Origin: Octopus vulgaris
Taxonomy: Eukaryota
Direction of reading: 5' to 3'
Assembly: GCA_951406725.2 (NCBI GenBank)
Contig: OX597819.1
Coordinates: forward strand, 96,410,001-96,474,000
Length of the DNA: 64,000 nt
The notes under the pieces are model-generated. The model was given only the letters and a program-made list of their open reading frames with translations. It was not told the origin of the DNA and searched no databases. Positions within the stretch are counted from its first letter, which is position 1. The number at the start of each line of letters is the position of its first letter. Shown piece after piece: positions 55,036 to 64,000 of this stretch. The position numbers and the translations under genes are program-made.

Positions 55036-56134
55036 GTACATGTATATACATAAAGGAAGAAAAAAAAGGGGGGGGGAGAAAGATTATGCACTTATATATG
55101 TATTTCTGTATGCATACGTGTATGTTTGTGTGTACACACACACACATACGATTGCAATATAGGTGAAAGATTTATCCAGAGTTTCTCTGTGTGTAGCGAG
55201 GAACTGGTATCGCGTATCATTATTTATAACCAGAAACCTGATGATCTCCATTGATGAGATCAATGTTACTTCTCTCAGAATGATTCCATAGATGCATAAG
55301 CGAAGACAATAGTGTCACGTGAAACAAAGACAGCAAAACATTGTTTAGAGGAAAGCTGTTTTTTCATGAATTTTTGTTTCTTATGATTGTGAAAGAAAAA
55401 GAAAGTTAAATAGCAAATCTGGTGACGTCAAGAAATTGAATCAGATTAAATATTAAAACATCAGATCAGAAATATCAGCTGGAGAGAAAAAAATCTTTAC
55501 TCGCAAAAACAACAAATTACTTTAAGAATATTAACGACTTCTAATATCACAAGATGTATGATTTTTTTAAAAATGTCAACCCAGCAATTATCAACAGAAT
55601 GGTCAGGAAAGATAGAGGAAAATCTGTCGGGAGGATCAGATGTGTTTGTCCTTGAAATTGCTGACATACCGCAGAGTACATACTTACAGATCTTGTTGGG
55701 TGACAGAAACAGGGGGTTTGTTAACAAGGAGAAGACATAATAAGGTTCAATATAAAATTATATTTAAAATTATATTAAACTTTATTTTCTGTATAGTTCA
55801 ATACTCCAACACCAAGTCAATCTTACTCTGTGTTCCTATGCGCTCTGCTGCTAGAAAATTAAACTAACCGATGTAGAACGTTATCACAACAAAGGAATCT
55901 GAATTCCTCATTTAATTTGTTTAAGCTGGTTCCCCCATAAGGGCTTATACATAAAAATTCCCCTTCACCTTAGCCATCTTTTGAGGTGTCGACGAGTATA
56001 TCCTGAAAACGTCTAAGAAAGACTTGATCAACGCCATTATCTCCACGAGAGAAAGCACCACCATTAAGTCAAATGTTTTGTTACCCTTTTTCACTTCGTT
56101 AGATTAGTAAAAGACCCCATTAGTAAAAGTTACC

Positions 56135-56305
56135 CTCCGAGGCACAAGTCTGGGCAAGATTGTTTACGGAAGCTCAGCAGTCGCCCATGCATTCCAGCCT
56201 CTCTTTTCCACGCCACCGATGTTATTTAAAGGAGAGGCAAAGGCCGATATAGTGTGGAAACTCATTTCTGCAACTGAGTGAATTGAAGACAACGTGTGCT
56301 CAGTC
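56135..56305 (-). mobile_element. Probable SINE/RTE-tail-type repeat fragment
   Basis: gaggcacaagtctgggcaag...cagcagtcgcccatgca...ccacgccaccgatgttat has the look of an interspersed repeat; only one copy was seen in the window. Confidence 0.35.
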
Positions 56306-56887
56306 AAACGGTCAATGCAACACAGAAGCTGTGGTCTACAAAACAGGAGTAGCGTCAATCAGCACCGACGGACGACGCACATACAGAAATACGCCAAGCC
56401 AACAGAAGTCCCTTTAAGGCTAGACTGAATAATCACGAATCTTTTTCTGAGAATTTACGAAAGGCGTAATGTCACTGTTTCACTTTATAACAATTAAAAG
56501 GCGACGCAACGCCGCATAACAATGAATGGAGATTTCTGGAACGAGCTAGGATATTTCTTAATGGAAATGAGGAAGGAGAAAATCATTCAGAAAAAAAATC
56601 ACACTCTCCGGACGCTTTCCTGAACACGGGAAGCGAAATATCTGGATACAGTCCTCATGAGCGTAAGTTCGTTTTAACAACTTGTTCGTGTCCCTTTTTG
56701 AACGAGAAAAATATAGTTGCTCGATCTACACACTTCACCAATTGCTAACACCAATGCTTTGTCTATAACGCTTTCTTTCTTCTCCAATATATATATTTTT
56801 ATTAAATTCTATTCCACTCTTTTGCCACCATCGAACGCACCTAGAGTCTATGCATTTGATTTCTGAGTTATGGACATCAAACTGATA

Positions 56888-56952
<65 letters not shown>

Positions 56953-56967
56953 TGTGTGTGAGTGAGT

Positions 56968-57046
<79 letters not shown>

Positions 57047-58019
57047 CGTGTCTGTACATATGGGGAGAAAGGGCGAAACAAATATAAATCCATGCTTACA
57101 TAGATAGATATGGAGATAGATAGACAGACAGATATACCCACGCACATCCCCTACTCATGTATGTATGTATATATATATATATCAACTCTAAATATAAGTA
57201 GATAAATAATGAATATATGATTTTATGGTTTAATATTTATCATTGAAAAAGTAGTAATACCCCAACAAATATTGAAACACCTGCCATAGTCAAGACAACG
57301 GAGTGAGTCATGTGACACATCGTGATACTATACAAAGAAACCAAATGCAACGGCGAGGTGTAATGATCCCGTTACTGCTAGGATTAACATCCAGTTACGC
57401 AGCTGATATTTCTAACCTAGTTAAGAGTTAACATGTTGGTATTGTTGTTAAATTCATTTGAAAACAATAGAGAATTTAGCGGCTAAATTCACGATGACTG
57501 CTTGTCAAGGCCAGGCAATTGGCCTTTTATTTGGCATGCTGTACAACAAATTAGTCACATTTTAATTGTTGCTACCTATGATTAGCAAAAGACACGTTCT
57601 ATTCAATTAAAATTTTCTAATGAATTGACTTCAGGCATGTAAGATTATCTTTTTTTAGCCTTCCTTATATCAAACTTGAATTAAAAATAGTAACGCTCAA
57701 CAGCAAGAGACATAGCTATATGTCATTCAATGGCTACATAAGTTAATCGTATTGTTGCTAAGAAACAGATAAATCGAGAAGAAATCGTCATTTCTGGGAG
57801 AATAATATATTGAGGAAGTGAACTGATGTTTGGAAACATTGACAGTAAAATCAGTGTCTATAATTAAAATTGTCGATGCTGTTTAGCGACTTGCTTTTTC
57901 ATCTGGCTGATGTCAAACTTCATGTACAACAATTATTACTGAAGGATTGTCTCCGAAGACCTCAACAACTATAGTAGTTGTTTCACTTCTTCTTCTGAGC
58001 GAGTTTGCTAGGCAAAAAC

Positions 58020-58674
58020 TCATCATCATTATCACATATCATCATCATCGTCGTCGTCGTCGTCGTCTTCTTCTTCTTCTTCTTCTTCTTCTTCTTCTTC
58101 TTCTTCTTCTTCTTCTTCTTCTTCTTCTTCTTCTTCTTCTTCTTCTTCTTCTCCTCCTTCTTCTTCTTCTTCTTCTTCTTCTTCTTCTTCTCCTTCTTCT
58201 TCTTCTTCTTCTCCTCCTCCTCCGCCTCGTCTTCCTCCATCCTTCCTCTACCTCTCCTCCTCCTCCTCCTCCTCCTCCTTCTCAAATACCCTTCCCCAAC
58301 CCTCCTCCACCTGCACCCTTCCTCCTCCACTAGCCTTCCTACTTTCCCACCCAGCATCCACTTCCTCTTCTTCTTTTTCTTCTTCCTCCTCCTCGTCCTT
58401 TATCCCTCTGACTCTTCCACCTCCTCCTCATCCCCTCCTTCTCTTCCCCTCCTCCCTTCCTCCTCCTCGTCCTTCTTCTTTTCTTCTTCCTCTTCTTCTT
58501 CTTCCTCTCATCCCCTCCTTCTTCTTTCTTCTCCTCTCCTCCTCCACCTCTTCATCTTCTTCCTCCTTCTTCTCCTCCATCCCTTCTCCTTCTCAATCCC
58601 CTCTTCCTCTCTTCCATTCCTCCATCCCTTCTCCATTCCTCCTCTCCCTCTCCCCCTTCTCCACACCCTCCTCT

Positions 58675-58763
<89 letters not shown>

Positions 58764-58780
58764 GTTGTCTTCGTTGTCGT
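58020..58780. repeat. Compound trinucleotide / polypyrimidine tract (TCA, TCG, TTC, TCC, CTA)
   Basis: Directly visible; about 600 bp are almost purine-free on the + strand. Confidence 0.95.
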
Positions 58781-59377
58781 CGCTCTCATCATGGCCGTAT
58801 TAGCTTTTAACCACACTGGTTAAAATACTCTACCTCAAATAATCCATTAGATATATTTCATATGCTCTCATAATTTTCATATCATACGGAATATATATGT
58901 ATGCTTTGTGAATACAGGTATACTTCTTACTGGGTATTCTATATACACTCTATATATTTCTATAATTAGCACTTTCCAGCATCGTCATATTATATATCAT
59001 AAACTTCCGAACTGTTATCCCCATAATATATGACATATCTTAGTGATATTTATAATATATCATATGTTGTCATTCTCGGTCGTCATTCATACTTGCGGTC
59101 GTTTCATTACATGATCCCTACAATATTATTGTAAGACTTGTCATAAGTCACTGTCTTTAGTTAGACGTTTTCATCTTCTTTAGACTCCGTTATGAATAAT
59201 TCCTACTTCAAATATGAGAATCTCGTTAGAAGAAGCGGCAAAACTGAAAGATTGAATGTGTAAGCACACAAGCAATTATATATGTCAATAGTTGTAAAAT
59301 TATTGACATTTGAACAACACACACAAGCACGCACGCCATATATGTATATATATGTATGTGTATGTATGTGTGTGTAT

Positions 59378-59425
<48 letters not shown>

Positions 59426-59470
59426 CCGCGATTTTCTTTCTCTGTTTTCCCTTCTTTGGACTGTTTCCAT

Positions 59471-59505
59471 GTTTCTGATGAAGAGCTCCGCTCGAAACGT
59501 GAAAT
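59471..59505 (+). ncRNA. Minimal hammerhead-like motif
   Basis: TTT-CTGATGA-A-GAGC-tcc-GCTC-GAAA-CG-TG-AAA. The core is intact but the cleavage-site base is G. Confidence 0.6.
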
Positions 59506-59579
59506 CCTCTTTCTTTTCTTTCCTTGTTCCATGCCCTCGCGTGGTGTTTTTTTTTTTGTTGCTTGTTCTTGTTTGGATT

Positions 59580-59610
<31 letters not shown>

Positions 59611-60539
59611 GGAGCGAAATTGCGGTTGACCCTCTGGCCGATAACTGATGAGGAGTTGGCGAGCATCTGTGTCTGTTTCCTGGTTGTTTGTGCATTTATT
59701 ACATGTTTTTATTTATTTTTAAGTGTATGTATGAGTGTGTGTACGTTTGTATGTTTCTGTGCGTAAATGAAACATACCGTTTACTATTAAATAAACGGAA
59801 AATATTCAATAAGCAATATTCTGTTATGCATATTGATAATTCTGGTGTTAGGGGATTCGAATTGTTCTGACTTCAGTTTCATTAACTATAATATAATTAA
59901 AAAATGACATTATATAAAATGCTTAAAACTTCACCTGTATTACACCTCCATTGCATTCCTCTGCATACATTTTTTTATTCTTCACTTTTACTAAAGTTTA
60001 CTTTTCAACTATTTTCCCACTCATCATAACCCTTTCCAACATATGACTATCTCTGACTAACTACATGTCTGACATACTTTCAGGCAGATTGTGGTGTTTT
60101 CAGCTTTCAACCAGATATTTTCTGTGGAGGATTTAATGGGAAGAAAGACACCAATTAGATCATGCCAATACGCAAAGCATAAGGTTGTAGAATAAAAATA
60201 AGCTCTTGTCATTGGACAGGACATTAAGAGACTTCAGTTTGTGTATCTCCACCAAAAATTAATTTTATAATGAAATCAAGTCATGTTACACGGGGTCTGA
60301 TGCTTAAGTGAATGAAAGATGAATTTTAAAAAAATAGCAGGTTTATTATAAGTGGCTTTGCCCACAGCAAGAATTGAACTCGGTACGCATGGTTGTGAGA
60401 TTCGTTTATGCTTTAGTTCAATCCAAATAGTCAACAACTGGAGTAAGTGTCTTCTGCCATAGCTTCAGATTGACACAGTTTTGTCTGTGAAATTTAGTGG
60501 GAGCCCGTTCATGTTGCGGTAGATTTAATGTATCGACTG

Positions 60540-61080
60540 GTTTAACTCCACTATATGACCCTTATGTATCTTACTCCCACCACTTTCTCTTTAGAGTCCT
60601 TAATTCTATCTCCTGGTCCTTAGGCCCCTTAACCTCATCATTTGATCCTTATGTGCCTTAACCCCTCCACCTGTTGCTTAAGTACCTTAGACCTACCATC
60701 TGGTCTTAAGTGCCTTAGATCTACTATCTGGTTTTTAGTGCCTCTCATCTGGCCCTTCTCGTGGGCCTTAACTTCATCAATCGGTCATTATGTACCTGAA
60801 CACTATCTTAAGTTATTTTATCCCACCACCTAGTCCTTAGGTACCTTAAACCCACCACTTGGTTCTTAGATGTCTTACTCTCACCTATTTTTAGGAGCCT
60901 TAACTCACCGTTTGAGCCTTAGATACCTTAAACCCACCATCTGATCCCTAATTGTAGTAGACCAATCATCTGGGTTTTAGGTGCCTTAACCTCACCTGGG
61001 TTTTAAGTGCTTTAACTCACCTCTAGGTCCTTAGCTACCTTTGACCTACCACCTGGTTTTAGGTGCTTTATAACTCTTGC
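60540..61080. repeat. Degenerate ~30-33-bp minisatellite
   Basis: Repeated cttaa.cccaccacctggt(c/t)cttaggtgc-like units. Confidence 0.75.
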
Positions 61081-61879
61081 TATAGCCCTCACGTGCCTTT
61101 AGTGGAATCCATTTTGTAGTAGGAATTCAGACCTGATTCCTGATATTTCCTCGTCTCTAAGAGACACTGTTCCTCCTCGCCGACTAAGCCAGTAAGAGTA
61201 ATTCGTTCGAATAGAAAATACTGCTGCTTATGGGCAATGAACTGTACCTACACGTATGGTACCAGCCAAATTTGAAAGATAACTTTCCTGATCTCGAGTG
61301 TCCAGGATGGAATCCGAAACACTAACCTATATGTTGGTGTCTGCTGTCTTACCTCCTCTACTATCCATATTGTGAAACGTTGACATCACAAATAAATTAT
61401 TGAAACAAGGCCAAGCATTTTGGTTTTTCATTGCTACTTATTTTAGCAATTCCGGCGGGGAAAAAGGGGCAAGTTATAACCTTAGCGTGATACGAATTAA
61501 TAACACCAAATTGCTACAAATGTGTAAATTATGTATAACAGTGAATTATCTACATAACCATGAGACATCTACCTAAGTATGAAATAACATGAAATATATG
61601 TATGAACTAACGATAGAAACGGTTTTATTATAGGATATCGAAGTTATGAAGCCAATTACGGTGGATATACAGATATACTATATATACCCTATTCCTTACT
61701 AAATACCACTGGGATAACTTATCAATACTGCTTCTTATCAAATGTCCTTGCAGGGGAAATTGATAACATATTCCCTTGGAATCAATATCTGATACAGCTG
61801 AAACACAGAACACCAGTGAATATTGGAATTTCAAAGATGCAGAATATAAATTATAAGCATTATCGCTATAATGTATGCC

Positions 61880-63960
<2,081 letters not shown>

Positions 63961-64000
63961 CACGTGTGTGTGCATATATAAATGTGTCATGCGTGTTTGT

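Noticed and set aside
58005-58823. 272-aa ORF
   Set aside because: It is entirely a low-complexity trinucleotide tract that lacks stops by composition.
60540-61080. Possible CRISPR-like array
   Set aside because: Units are degenerate and contiguous with no unique spacers, there are no cas genes, and the context is eukaryotic.

Overview
AT-rich, microsatellite-dense eukaryotic (animal) genomic DNA. The SINE, LINE and microsatellite repertoire suggests a cephalopod such as Octopus; this is an inference. No host protein-coding gene is clearly supported, so the window looks intronic or intergenic. It contains: an uninterrupted CR1/L2-group LINE ORF2 (1-2841); decayed RTE, CR1-type, R4/Dong-like, Penelope-like (GIY-YIG) and mariner fragments; non-autonomous Helitron and Helentron-type elements; a foldback element; and many copies of two tRNA-derived SINE families. 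The most notable signal is about 12 type-I hammerhead-ribozyme-like motifs (CUGANGA...GAAA...UH), found by eye. They occur in three settings: (i) short fragments embedded in (TA)n/(TG)n microsatellites; (ii) two long palindromic elements (5.3-5.7 kb and 37.2-37.9 kb) with one hammerhead per arm, so one per strand; and (iii) a tRNA-headed SINE-like element with a hammerhead in its body (20.0 kb and 28.6 kb). The LINEs and the main SINE also share a covarying CATGGCC-hairpin-AAAC 3' end. Nearly all other ORFs in the supplied track are microsatellite artefacts.
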